Origin: the human T2T-CHM13v2.0 reference genome, Homo sapiens
DNA length: 64,000 bases
Assembly (NCBI RefSeq): GCF_009914755.1
Contig: NC_060930.1
Strand: one strand, 5' to 3'
The notes beneath the pieces were generated by a model. It saw only the letters and a program-made list of their open reading frames with translations. It made no database searches and was not told where the DNA came from. The translations under genes were made by a program, and so were the position numbers. Positions 1 to 11,216 of the stretch are shown one piece after another (within the stretch, counting starts at the first letter, position 1; each line of letters starts with the position of its first letter).

Positions 1-72
1 CCTCTTGAGAGAGCAGTTTGGAAACACTCTTTCTGTAGAATCAGCTTGTTTGTATTTGGACCTCCTTGAGGC

Positions 73-89
73 CTTCGTTGGAAACGGGT
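73..89 (+). promoter_or_regulatory. CENP-B box (core intact, terminal T variant); repeated in every unit
   Basis: cttcgttggaaacgggt matches NTTCGNNNNANNCGGGN. Confidence 0.92.
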
Positions 90-240
90 TTTCATCTTAT
101 AAACCCAGACAGAAGAATTCTCAGAGTCTTCTTTGTGATGTGTGCTTTCAACTCACCGAGATAAAGATTTCTCTTGATAGAGCAATTTGGAAACACTCTT
201 TTTGTAGAATTTGCAAGGGTACATTGAGAGCGCTTTCAGG

Positions 241-258
241 CCTATGGTAGAAAAGGGA
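241..258 (+). promoter_or_regulatory. A-box (pJalpha-like) motif of A-type monomers (example; nine A-type monomers per 18-mer)
   Basis: cctatggtagaaaaggga occupies the position homologous to the CENP-B box in alternate monomers. Confidence 0.65.
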
Positions 259-412
259 ATATCTTTCCATAAAAGGTAGACAGAAGCAATCTCAGAAACT
301 ACTTTGTGATGTGTGCATTCAACTCACCGAGTGCAACGTTCCTCTTGACCGAGCAGTTTGGAAACATTGTTTCTGTAGAATCTGCAAGTGGATATTTGGA
401 CCTCTTTGAGGC

Positions 413-429
413 CTTCGTTGGAAACGGGA
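413..429 (+). promoter_or_regulatory. CENP-B box, canonical; repeated in every unit (mutated in unit 20)
   Basis: cttcgttggaaacggga. Confidence 0.95.
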
Positions 430-752
430 TTTCTTCCTATAAACCCAGACAGAAGAATTCTCAGAGACTTCTTTGTGATGTGTGAATTCAACTCACAGTG
501 TGGATCCTTCCTTTTGATAGAGCAGTTTTGAAACCCTGTTTTTGTAGTATTTCCAAGCGGATATTTGGAACGCCTTGAAGCGTATGGTAGAAAAGGAAAT
601 ATCTTCCCATAAAACCTAGACAGAACCAATCTCAGAAACGACTTTGTGATGTCTGCATTCAAGTCACAGAGTTGAACATTTCTCTTGATAGAGCAGTTTT
701 GAAACCCTCTTTCTGAAGGATCTGCAAGTGGATATTTGGAACTCCTTTGGGT

Positions 753-769
753 CTTCGTTGGAAACGGGA
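753..769 (+). promoter_or_regulatory. CENP-B box, canonical; repeated in every unit
   Basis: cttcgttggaaacggga. Confidence 0.95.
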
Positions 770-1089
770 TTTCTTCGTATAAATCTAGACAGAAGAATTC
801 TCCGAAACTTCTTTGGTTGTGTGCATTCAAGTCACAGAGTGGAACCTTCCTTTGGATAGAGCAGTTTGAAACGCCGTGGTTGTAGTATTTCCAAGCGGAT
901 ATTAGAGCGCCTTGAGGCCTATGGTAGAAAAGGAAATATCTTCCCATAAAACCTAGACGGAAGCAATCTCAGAAACTACTGTGTGATGGCTGCATTCCAC
1001 ACACACGGTGGAACATTTCTCTTGATAGAGCAGTTTTGAAACACTCTTTCTGTAGAATCTGCAAGTGGATAATTGGACCGCCTTGAGGC

Positions 1090-1106
1090 CTTCGTTGGAA
1101 ACGGGA
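1090..1106 (+). promoter_or_regulatory. CENP-B box, canonical; 18-mers only
   Basis: cttcgttggaaacggga; lies inside the 506-bp block missing from 15-mers. Confidence 0.95.
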
Positions 1107-1258
1107 TTTCTTCATGTTACTCTAGATAGAAGAATTCTCAAACACTGCTATGTGATGTTTGCATTCAAGTCACAGAGTGCAACATTCCTCTTGGTAGAGC
1201 AGTTGGGAAACACTCCTTTTGTAGAATCTGCAATGGGATATTTGGACTTCTTTGAGGC

Positions 1259-1275
1259 CTTCGTTGGAAACGGGA
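1259..1275 (+). promoter_or_regulatory. CENP-B box, canonical; 18-mers only
   Basis: cttcgttggaaacggga; only 169 bp after the previous box. Confidence 0.95.
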
Positions 1276-1598
1276 TTTCTTCGTATGAATCTAGACAGAA
1301 GAATTCTCAGAAACTTCCTTGTGATGTGTGCATTCAACTCAGCGAGTGGCACCTTCCTTTGGATACAGCAGTTTTGAAACACTGTTTTTGTAGTATTTCC
1401 AAGCGGATATTTAGAGCGCCTTGAAGCCTATGCTAGAAATGGAAATATCTCCCCATAAAACCAAGACAGAAGCAATCTCAGAAACTAATGTGTGATGGCT
1501 GCATTCCACACACACGGTGGACCATTTCTCTTGATAGAGCAGTTTTGAAACACTCTTTCTGTAGAATCTGCAAGTGGATAATTGGACCTCCTAGAGGC

Positions 1599-1615
1599 CT
1601 TCGTTGGAAACGGGG
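1599..1615 (+). promoter_or_regulatory. CENP-B box; repeated in every complete unit
   Basis: cttcgttggaaacgggg in unit 1 (terminal A in the other units); core intact. Confidence 0.93.
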
Positions 1616-1937
1616 TTTCTTCATCTAAACCTACAGAGAAGAATTCTCAGTAACTTCTTCGGATGTGTGCATTCGACGCACAGAATGGAACATTCCCTTT
1701 GATAGAGCAGTTTTGAGACACCGTTTTTGTAGAATTCCCAAGTGGATATTTAGAGCACTTTGAAGTCTCTGCTAGAAAAGGAAACATCTTCATGTAAAAA
1801 GTAGATAGAATCGTTCTCAGAAAGTGCTTAGTGACGTGTGCGTTCAACTCACAGAGTTTAACGTTTCTTTTGATAGAGCGTTTCTGAAACACCCTTCTTG
1901 TAGTAGCTGCAAGTGGATATTTGGACCTATTGGAGGC

Positions 1938-1954
1938 CTTCTTTGGAAACGGGA
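1938..1954 (+). promoter_or_regulatory. Degenerate CENP-B box (predicted non-binding)
   Basis: cttctttggaaa[c/t]ggga: the essential TTCG is changed to TTCT. Confidence 0.85.
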
Positions 1955-2447
1955 TTTCTTCATGTAACTCTAGATTGAAGAATTCTCAGAAACTCCTTTG
2001 TGATGTGTGCATTCAATTCAAAGAGTGAAACCTCCCTTTTCACAGAGCAGTTTTGAAACACTGTTTTTGTAGGATTTCCAAGGGGATATTTATAGCGCAT
2101 TGAGCCTACGGCGGAAAAAGAAACATCTTCCTATAAAAACTAGACAGAATACTTCTCAGAATCTGCTTTGCGATGTGTGCGTTCAACTCACAGAGTAAAA
2201 CTTTTCTTTTGATAGAGCAGTTTTGAAACACTCTTTTTGTAGTATTTGCATGTGTATATTTAGAGCGCATTGAAGCCCACAGTAGAAAAGGAAATAACTT
2301 CACCTAAAACCTAGACAGAAGCAATCTCAGAAACTACTTTGTGATGTGTACATTCAACTCACAGAGTGGAACTTTCCTCTTTATAGAGCAGTGTTGAAAC
2401 ACTCTTTTTGTAGAAACTGCAAGTGGATATTTGGACCTCTTTGAGGC

Positions 2448-2464
2448 CTTCGTTGGAAACGGGA
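2448..2464 (+). promoter_or_regulatory. CENP-B box, canonical; repeated in every complete unit
   Basis: cttcgttggaaacggga. Confidence 0.95.
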
Positions 2465-2787
2465 TTTCTTCCTATAACCCTAGACAGAAGAATTTTCAGA
2501 AACCTCATTGTGATGTGTGCGTTCATCTCACAGAGTGGAGTCTTCCGTTTGATAGAGAAGTTTTGAAACCCTGTTCTTGTAGGATTTCCAAGTGGATATT
2601 TAGACCACTTTGAAGCCTATGATAGAAAAGGAAACATCTTCATGGAAAACATAGATAGAATCATTCTCAGAAACAACTTTGTGATGTGTGCGTTGAACTC
2701 ACCGTCTTTAACCTTTCTTTTGGTAGAGAAGTTTTGAAACACTCTCTTTGTAAAGTCTACAAGTGGATATTTTGAGCCCTTGGAGGC

Positions 2788-2804
2788 ATTCTTTGGAAAA
2801 GGGA
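2788..2804 (+). promoter_or_regulatory. Degenerate CENP-B box (both CpGs lost)
   Basis: attctttggaaaaggga. Confidence 0.82.
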
Positions 2805-3057
2805 ATGTCTTCACATAAAAGGCAGACGGAAGTGTTCTCAGAAACTGCTTTGTGATGTCTGTGTTCAACTCACAGAGTTTAACATTTCCTTTGATAGAGC
2901 GGTTTAGTAACCCTCTCTTTGTAGAATTTGGAAGTGTATACTAAGAGCGCTTTGAGGCCTATGGTAGAAAAGGAAATATCTTTCCATAAAAGCTAGACAG
3001 AAGCAATCTCAGAAACTCCTTTGTGATGTCTGCATTCAACTCACCGAGTGGAACATT

Positions 3058-5608
3058 CCTCTTGAGAGAGCAGTTTGGAAACACTCTTTCTGTAGAATCA
3101 GCTTGTTTGTATTTGGACCTCCTTGAGGCCTTCGTTGGAAACGGGTTTTCATCTTATAAACCCAGACAGAAGAATTCTCAGAGTCTTCTTTGTGATGTGT
3201 GCTTTCAACTCACCGAGATAAAGATTTCTCTTGATAGAGCAATTTGGAAACACTCTTTTTGTAGAATTTGCAAGGGTACATTGAGAGCGCTTTCAGGCCT
3301 ATGGTAGAAAAGGGAATATCTTTCCATAAAAGGTAGACAGAAGCAATCTCAGAAACTACTTTGTGATGTGTGCATTCAACTCACCGAGTGCAACGTTCCT
3401 CTTGACCGAGCAGTTTGGAAACATTGTTTCTGTAGAATCTGCAAGTGGATATTTGGACCTCTTTGAGGCCTTCGTTGGAAACGGGATTTCTTCCTATAAA
3501 CCCAGACAGAAGAATTCTCAGAGACTTCTTTGTGATGTGTGAATTCAACTCACAGTGTGGATCCTTCCTTTTGATAGAGCAGTTTTGAAACCCTGTTTTT
3601 GTAGTATTTCCAAGCGGATATTTGGAACGCCTTGAAGCGTATGGTAGAAAAGGAAATATCTTCCCATAAAACCTAGACAGAACCAATCTCAGAAACGACT
3701 TTGTGATGTCTGCATTCAAGTCACAGAGTTGAACATTTCTCTTGATAGAGCAGTTTTGAAACCCTCTTTCTGAAGGATCTGCAAGTGGATATTTGGAACT
3801 CCTTTGGGTCTTCGTTGGAAACGGGATTTCTTCGTATAAATCTAGACAGAAGAATTCTCAGAAACTTCCTTGTGATGTGTGCATTCAACTCAGCGAGTGG
3901 CACCTTCCTTTGGATACAGCAGTTTTGAAACACTGTTTTTGTAGTATTTCCAAGCGGATATTTAGAGCGCCTTGAAGCCTATGCTAGAAATGGAAATATC
4001 TCCCCATAAAACCAAGACGGAAGCAATCTCAGAAACTAATGTGTGATGGCTGCATTCCACACACACGGTGGACCATTTCTCTTGATAGAGCAGTTTTGAA
4101 ACACTCTTTCTGTAGAATCTGCAAGTGGATAATTGGACCTCCGAGAGGCCTTCGTTGGAAACGGGATTTCTTCATCTAAACCTACAGAGAAGTATTCTCA
4201 GTAACTTCTTCGGATGTGTGCATTCGACGCACAGAATGGAACATTCCCTTTGATAGAGCAGTTTTGAGACACCGTTTTTGTAGAATTCCCAAGTGGATAT
4301 TTAGAGCACTTTGAAGTCTCTGCTAGAAAAGGAAACATCATCATGTAAAAAGTAGATAGAATCGTTCTCAGAAAGTGCTTAGTGTCGTGTGCGTTCAACT
4401 CACAGAGTTTAACGTTTCTTTTGATAGAGCGTTTCTGAAACACCCTTCTTGTAGTAGCTGCAAGTGGATATTTGGACCTATTGGAGGCCTTCTTTGGAAA
4501 TGGGATTTCTTCATGTAACTCTAGATTGAAGAATTCTCAGAAACTCCTTTGTGATGTGTGCATTCAATTCAAAGAGTGAAACCTCTCTTTTCACAGAGCA
4601 GTTTTGAAACACTGTTTTTGTAGGATTTCCAAGGGGATATTTATAGCGCATTGAGCCTACGGCGGAAAAAGAAACATCTTCCTATAAAAACTAGACAGAA
4701 TACTTCTCAGAATCTGCTTTGCGATGTGTGCGTTCAACTCACAGAGTAAAACTTTTCTTTTGATAGAGCAGTTTTGAAACACTCTTTTTGTAGTATTTGC
4801 ATGTGTATATTTAGAGCGCATTGAAGCCCACAGTAGAAAAGGAAATAACTTCACCTAAAACCTAGACAGAAGCAATCTCAGAAACTACTTTGTGATGTGT
4901 ACATTCAACTCACAGAGTGGAACTTTCCTCTTTATAGAGCAGTGTTGAAACACTCTTTTTGTAGAAACTGCAAGTGGATATTTGGACCTCTTTGAGGCCT
5001 TCGTTGGAAACGGGATTTCTTCCTATAACCCTAGACAGAAGAATTTTCAGAAACCTCATTGTGATGTGTGCGTTCATCTCACAGAGTGGAGTCTTCCGTT
5101 TGATAGAGAAGTTTTGAAACCCTGTTCTTGTAGGATTTCCAAGTGGATATTTAGACCACTTTGAAGCCTATGATAGAAAAGGAAACATCTTCATGGAAAA
5201 CATAGATAGAATCATCCTCAGAAACAACTTTGTGATGTGTGCGTTGAACTCACCGTCTTTAACCTTTCTTTTGGTAGAGAAGTTTTGAAACACTCTCTTT
5301 GTAAAGTCTACAAGTGGATATTTTGAGCCCTTGGAGGCATTCTTTGGAAAAGGGAATGTCTTCACATAAAAGGCAGACGGAAGTGTTCTCAGAAACTGCT
5401 TTGTGATGTCTGTGTTCAACTCACAGAGTTTAACATTTCCTTTGATAGAGCGGTTTAGTAACCCTCTCTTTGTAGAATTTGGAAGTGTATACTAAGAGCG
5501 CTTTGAGGCCTATGGTAGAAAAGGAAATATCTTTCCATAAAAGCTAGACAGAAGCAATCTCAGAAACTCCTTTGTGATGTCTGCATTCAACTCACCGAGT
5601 GGAACATT
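3058..5608 (+). repeat. HOR unit 2, 15-mer variant (2551 bp)
   Basis: Lacks the 506-bp block; junction lies within 3839-3859. Confidence 0.96.
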
Positions 5609-8600
5609 CCTCTTGAGAGAGCAGTTTGGAAACACTCTTTCTGTAGAATCAGCTTGTTTGTATTTGGACCTCCTTGAGGCCTTCGTTGGAAACGGGTTTT
5701 CATCTTATAAACCCAGACAGAAGAATTCTCAGAGTCTTCTTTGTGATGTGTGCTTTCAACTCACCGAGATAAAGATTTCTCTTGATAGAGCAATTTGGAA
5801 ACACTCTTTTTGTAGAATTTGCAAGGGTACATTGAGAGCGCTTTCAGGCCTATGGTAGAAAAGGGAATATCTTTCCATAAAAGGTAGACAGAAGCAATCT
5901 CAGAAACTACTTTGTGATGTGTGCATTCAACTCACCGAGTGCAACGTTCCTCTTGACCGAGCAGTTTGGAAACATTGTTTCTGTAGAATCTGCAAGTGGA
6001 TATTTGGACCTCTTTGAGGCCTTCGTTGGAAACGGGATTTCTTCCTATAAACCCAGACAGAAGAATTCTCAGAGACTTCTTTGTGATGTGTGAATTCAAC
6101 TCACAGTGTGGATCCTTCCTTTTGATAGAGCAGTTTTGAAACCCTGTTTTTGTAGTATTTCCAAGCGGATATTTGGAACGCCTTGAAGCGTATGGTAGAA
6201 AAGGAAATATCTTCCCATAAAACCTAGACAGAACCAATCTCAGAAACGACTTTGTGATGTCTGCATTCAAGTCACAGAGTTGAACATTTCTCTTGATAGA
6301 GCAGTTTTGAAACCCTCTTTCTGAAGGATCTGCAAGTGGATATTTGGAACTCCTTTGGGTCTTCGTTGGAAACGGGATTTCTTCGTATAAATCTAGACAG
6401 AAGAATTCTCCGAAACTTCTTTGGTTGTGTGCATTCAAGTCACAGAGTGGAACCTTCCTTTGGATAGAGCAGTTTGAAACGCCGTGGTTGTAGTATTTCC
6501 AAGCGGATATTAGAGCGCCTTGAGGCCTATGGTAGAAAAGGAAATATCTTCCCATAAAACCTAGACGGAAGCAATCTCAGAAACTACTGTGTGATGGCTG
6601 CATTCCACACACACGGTGGAACATTTCTCTTGATAGAGCAGTTTTGAAACACTCTTTCTGTAGAATCTGCAAGTGGATAATTGGACCGCCTTGAGGCCTT
6701 CGTTGGAAACGGGATTTCTTCATGTTACTCTAGATAGAAGAATTCTCAAACACTGCTATGTGATGTTTGCATTCAAGTCACAGAGTGCAACATTCCTCTT
6801 GGTAGAGCAGTTGGGAAACACTCCTTTTGTAGAATCTGCAATGGGATATTTGGACTTCTTTGAGGCCTTCGTTGGAAACGGGATTTCTTCGTATGAATCT
6901 AGACAGAAGAATTCTCAGAAACTTCCTTGTGATGTGTGCATTCAACTCAGCGAGTGGCACCTTCCTTTGGATACAGCAGTTTTGAAACACTGTTTTTGTA
7001 GTATTTCCAAGCGGATATTTAGAGCGCCTTGAAGCCTATGCTAGAAATGGAAATATCTCCCCATAAAACCAAGACAGAAGCAATCTCAGAAACTAATGTG
7101 TGATGGCTGCATTCCACACACACGGTGGACCATTTCTCTTGATAGAGCAGTTTTGAAACACTCTTTCTGTAGAATCTGCAAGTGGATAATTGGACCTCCT
7201 AGAGGCCTTCGTTGGAAACGGGATTTCTTCATCTAAACCTACAGAGAAGAATTCTCAGTAACTTCTTCGGATGTGTGCATTCGACGCACAGAATGGAACA
7301 TTCCCTTTGATAGAGCAGTTTTGAGACACCGTTTTTGTAGAATTCCCAAGTGGATATTTAGAGCACTTTGAAGTCTCTGCTAGAAAAGGAAACATCTTCA
7401 TGTAAAAAGTAGATAGAATCGTTCTCAGAAAGTGCTTAGTGACGTGTGCGTTCAACTCACAGAGTTTAACGTTTCTTTTGATAGAGCGTTTCTGAAACAC
7501 CCTTCTTGTAGTAGCTGCAAGTGGATATTTGGACCTATTGGAGGCCTTCTTTGGAAATGGGATTTCTTCATGTAACTCTAGATTGAAGAGTTCTCAGAAA
7601 CTCCTTTGTGATGTGTGCATTCAATTCAAAGAGTGAAACCTCCCTTTTCACAGAGCAGTTTTGAAACACTGTTTTTGTAGGATTTCCAAGGGGATATTTA
7701 TAGCGCATTGAGCCTACGGCGGAAAAAGAAACATCTTCCTATAAAAACTAGACAGAATACTTCTCAGAATCTGCTTTGCGATGTGTGCGTTCAACTCACA
7801 GAGTAAAACTTTTCTTTTGATAGAGCAGTTTTGAAACACTCTTTTTGTAGTATTTGCATGTGTATATTTAGAGCGCATTGAAGCCCACAGTAGAAAAGGA
7901 AATAACTTCACCTAAAACCTAGACAGAAGCAATCTCAGAAACTACTTTGTGATGTGTACATTCAACTCACAGAGTGGAACTTTCCTCTTTATAGAGCAGT
8001 GTTGAAACACTCTTTTTGTAGAAACTGCAAGTGGATATTTGGACCTCTTTGAGGCCTTCGTTGGAAACGGGATTTCTTCCTATAACCCTAGACAGAAGAA
8101 TTTTCAGAAACCTCATTGTGATGTGTGCGTTCATCTCACAGAGTGGAGTCTTCCGTTTGATAGAGAAGTTTTGAAACCCTGTTCTTGTAGGATTTCCAAG
8201 TGGATATTTAGACCACTTTGAAGCCTATGATAGAAAAGGAAACATCTTCATGGAAAACATAGATAGAATCATCCTCAGAAACAACTTTGTGATGTGTGCG
8301 TTGAACTCACCGTCTTTAACCTTTCTTTTGGTAGAGAAGTTTTGAAACACTCTCTTTGTAAAGTCTACAAGTGGATATTTTGAGCCCTTGGAGGCATTCT
8401 TTGGAAAAGGGAATGTCTTCACATAAAAGGCAGACGGAAGTGTTCTCAGAAACTGCTTTGTGATGTCTGTGTTCAACTCACAGAGTTTAACATTTCCTTT
8501 GATAGAGCGGTTTAGTAACCCTCTCTTTGTAGAATTTGGAAGTGTATACTAAGAGCGCTTTGAGGCCTATGGTAGAAAAGGAAATATCTTTCCATAAAAG

Positions 8601-8665
8601 CTAGACAGAAGCAATCTCAGAAACTCCTCTGTGATGTCTGCATTCAACTCACCGAGTGGAACATT
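5609..8665 (+). repeat. HOR unit 3, 18-mer
   Basis: 3057-bp spacing of marker ORF ends (5858 to 8915). Confidence 0.95.
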
Positions 8666-11216
8666 CCTCTTGAGAGAGCAGTTTGGAAACACTCTTTCTG
8701 TAGAATCAGCTTGTTTGTATTTGGACCTCCTTGAGGCCTTCGTTGGAAACGGGTTTTCATCTTATAAACCCAGACAGAAGAATTCTCAGAGTCTTCTTTG
8801 TGATGTGTGCTTTCAACTCACCGAGATAAAGATTTCTCTTGATAGAGCAATTTGGAAACACTCTTTTTGTAGAATTTGCAAGGGTACATTGAGAGCGCTT
8901 TCAGGCCTATGGTAGAAAAGGGAATATCTTTCCATAAAAGGTAGACAGAAGCAATCTCAGAAACTACTTTGTGATGTGTGCATTCAACTCACCGAGTGCA
9001 ACGTTCCTCTTGACCGAGCAGTTTGGAAACATTGTTTCTGTAGAATCTGCAAGTGGATATTTGGACCTCTTTGAGGCCTTCGTTGGAAACGGGATTTCTT
9101 CCTATAAACCCAGACAGAAGAATTCTCAGAGACTTCTTTGTGATGTGTGAATTCAACTCACAGTGTGGATCCTTCCTTTTGATAGAGCAGTTTTGAAACC
9201 CTGTTTTTGTAGTATTTCCAAGCGGATATTTGGAACGCCTTGAAGCGTATGGTAGAAAAGGAAATATCTTCCCATAAAACCTAGACAGAACCAATCTCAG
9301 AAACGACTTTGTGATGTCTGCATTCAAGTCACAGAGTTGAACATTTCTCTTGATAGAGCAGTTTTGAAACCCTCTTTCTGAAGGATCTGCAAGTGGATAT
9401 TTGGAACTCCTTTGGGTCTTCGTTGGAAACGGGATTTCTTCGTATAAATCTAGACAGAAGAATTCTCAGAAACTTCCTTGTGATGTGTGCATTCAACTCA
9501 GCGAGTGGCACCTTCCTTTGGATACAGCAGTTTTGAAACACTGTTTTTGTAGTATTTCCAAGCGGATATTTAGAGCGCCTTGAAGCCTATGCTAGAAATG
9601 GAAATATCTCCCCATAAAACCAAGACGGAAGCAATCTCAGAAACTAATGTGTGATGGCTGCATTCCACACACACGGTGGACCATTTCTCTTGATAGAGCA
9701 GTTTTGAAACACTCTTTCTGTAGAATCTGCAAGTGGATAATTGGACCTCCGAGAGGCCTTCGTTGGAAACGGGATTTCTTCATCTAAACCTACAGAGAAG
9801 TATTCTCAGTAACTTCTTCGGATGTGTGCATTCGACGCACAGAATGGAACATTCCCTTTGATAGAGCAGTTTTGAGACACCGTTTTTGTAGAATTCCCAA
9901 GTGGATATTTAGAGCACTTTGAAGTCTCTGCTAGAAAAGGAAACATCATCATGTAAAAAGTAGATAGAATCGTTCTCAGAAAGTGCTTAGTGTCGTGTGC
10001 GTTCAACTCACAGAGTTTAACGTTTCTTTTGATAGAGCGTTTCTGAAACACCCTTCTTGTAGTAGCTGCAAGTGGATATTTGGACCTATTGGAGGCCTTC
10101 TTTGGAAATGGGATTTCTTCATGTAACTCTAGATTGAAGAATTCTCAGAAACTCCTTTGTGATGTGTGCATTCAATTCAAAGAGTGAAACCTCCCTTTTC
10201 ACAGAGCAGTTTTGAAACACTGTTTTTGTAGGATTTCCAAGGGGATATTTATAGCGCATTGAGCCTACGGCGGAAAAAGAAACATCTTCCTATAAAAACT
10301 AGAGAGAATACTTCTCAGAATCTGCTTTGCGATGTGTGCGTTCAACTCACAGAGTAAAACTTTTCTTTTGATAGAGCAGTTTTGAAACACTCTTTTTGTA
10401 GTATTTGCATGTGTATATTTAGAGCGCATTGAAGCCCACAGTAGAAAAGGAAATAACTTCACCTAAAACCTAGACAGAAGCAATCTCAGAAACTACTTTG
10501 TGATGTGTACATTCAACTCACAGAGTGGAACTTTCCTCTTTATAGAGCAGTGTTGAAACACTCTTTTTGTAGAAACTGCAAGTGGATATTTGGACCTCTT
10601 TGAGGCCTTCGTTGGAAACGGGATTTCTTCCTATAACCCTAGACAGAAGAATTTTCAGAAACCTCATTGTGATGTGTGCGTTCATCTCACAGAGTGGAGT
10701 CTTCCGTTTGATAGAGAAGTTTTGAAACCCTGTTCTTGTAGGATTTCCAAGTGGATATTTAGACCACTTTGAAGCCTATGATAGAAAAGGAAACATCTTC
10801 ATGGAAAACATAGATAGAATCATCCTCAGAAACAACTTTGTGATGTGTGCGTTGAACTCACCGTCTTTAACCTTTCTTTTGGTAGAGAAGTTTTGAAACA
10901 CTCTCTTTGTAAAGTCTACAAGTGGATATTTTGAGCCCTTGGAGGCATTCTTTGGAAAAGGGAATGTCTTCACATAAAAGGCAGACGGAAGTGTTCTCAG
11001 AAACTGCTTTGTGATGTCTGTGTTCAACTCACAGAGTTTAACATTTCCTTTGATAGAGCGGTTTAGTAACCCTCTCTTTGTAGAATTTGGAAGTGTATAC
11101 TAAGAGCGCTTTGAGGCCTATGGTAGAAAAGGAAATATCTTTCCATAAAAGCTAGACAGAAGCAATCTCAGAAACTCCTCTGCGATATCTGCATTCAACT
11201 CACCGAGTGGAACATT
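8666..11216 (+). repeat. HOR unit 4, 15-mer
   Basis: 2551-bp spacing (8915 to 11466); same junction as unit 2. Confidence 0.95.

Larger units (their letters stand above)
1..3057 (+). repeat. HOR unit 1, 18-mer (3057 bp), used as the reference unit
   Basis: The sequence at position 1 recurs at 3058. There are 18 box-position motifs about 170 bp apart, in the pattern B A B A B A B B A B A b A A B A b A (b = degenerate box). Confidence 0.96.

Noticed and set aside
324-947. 207-aa minus-strand ORF and all other 60-167-aa ORFs recurring in each unit
   Set aside because: They are translations of alpha-satellite monomers (recurring FQNCSIKR/CELNAH motifs reflect the 170-bp repeat). I recognise no protein family, and they are conserved only because the DNA repeat is homogeneous.
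997-1006. Short (CA)n tract ccacacacacgg
   Set aside because: Only 4-5 units, invariant between copies, and part of the monomer; not a microsatellite locus.
73-2464. Regularly spaced 17-bp motif with variable intervening sequence, resembling a CRISPR array
   Set aside because: The motifs are CENP-B boxes, the intervening DNA is itself homologous repeat rather than unique spacer, and there are no cas genes.
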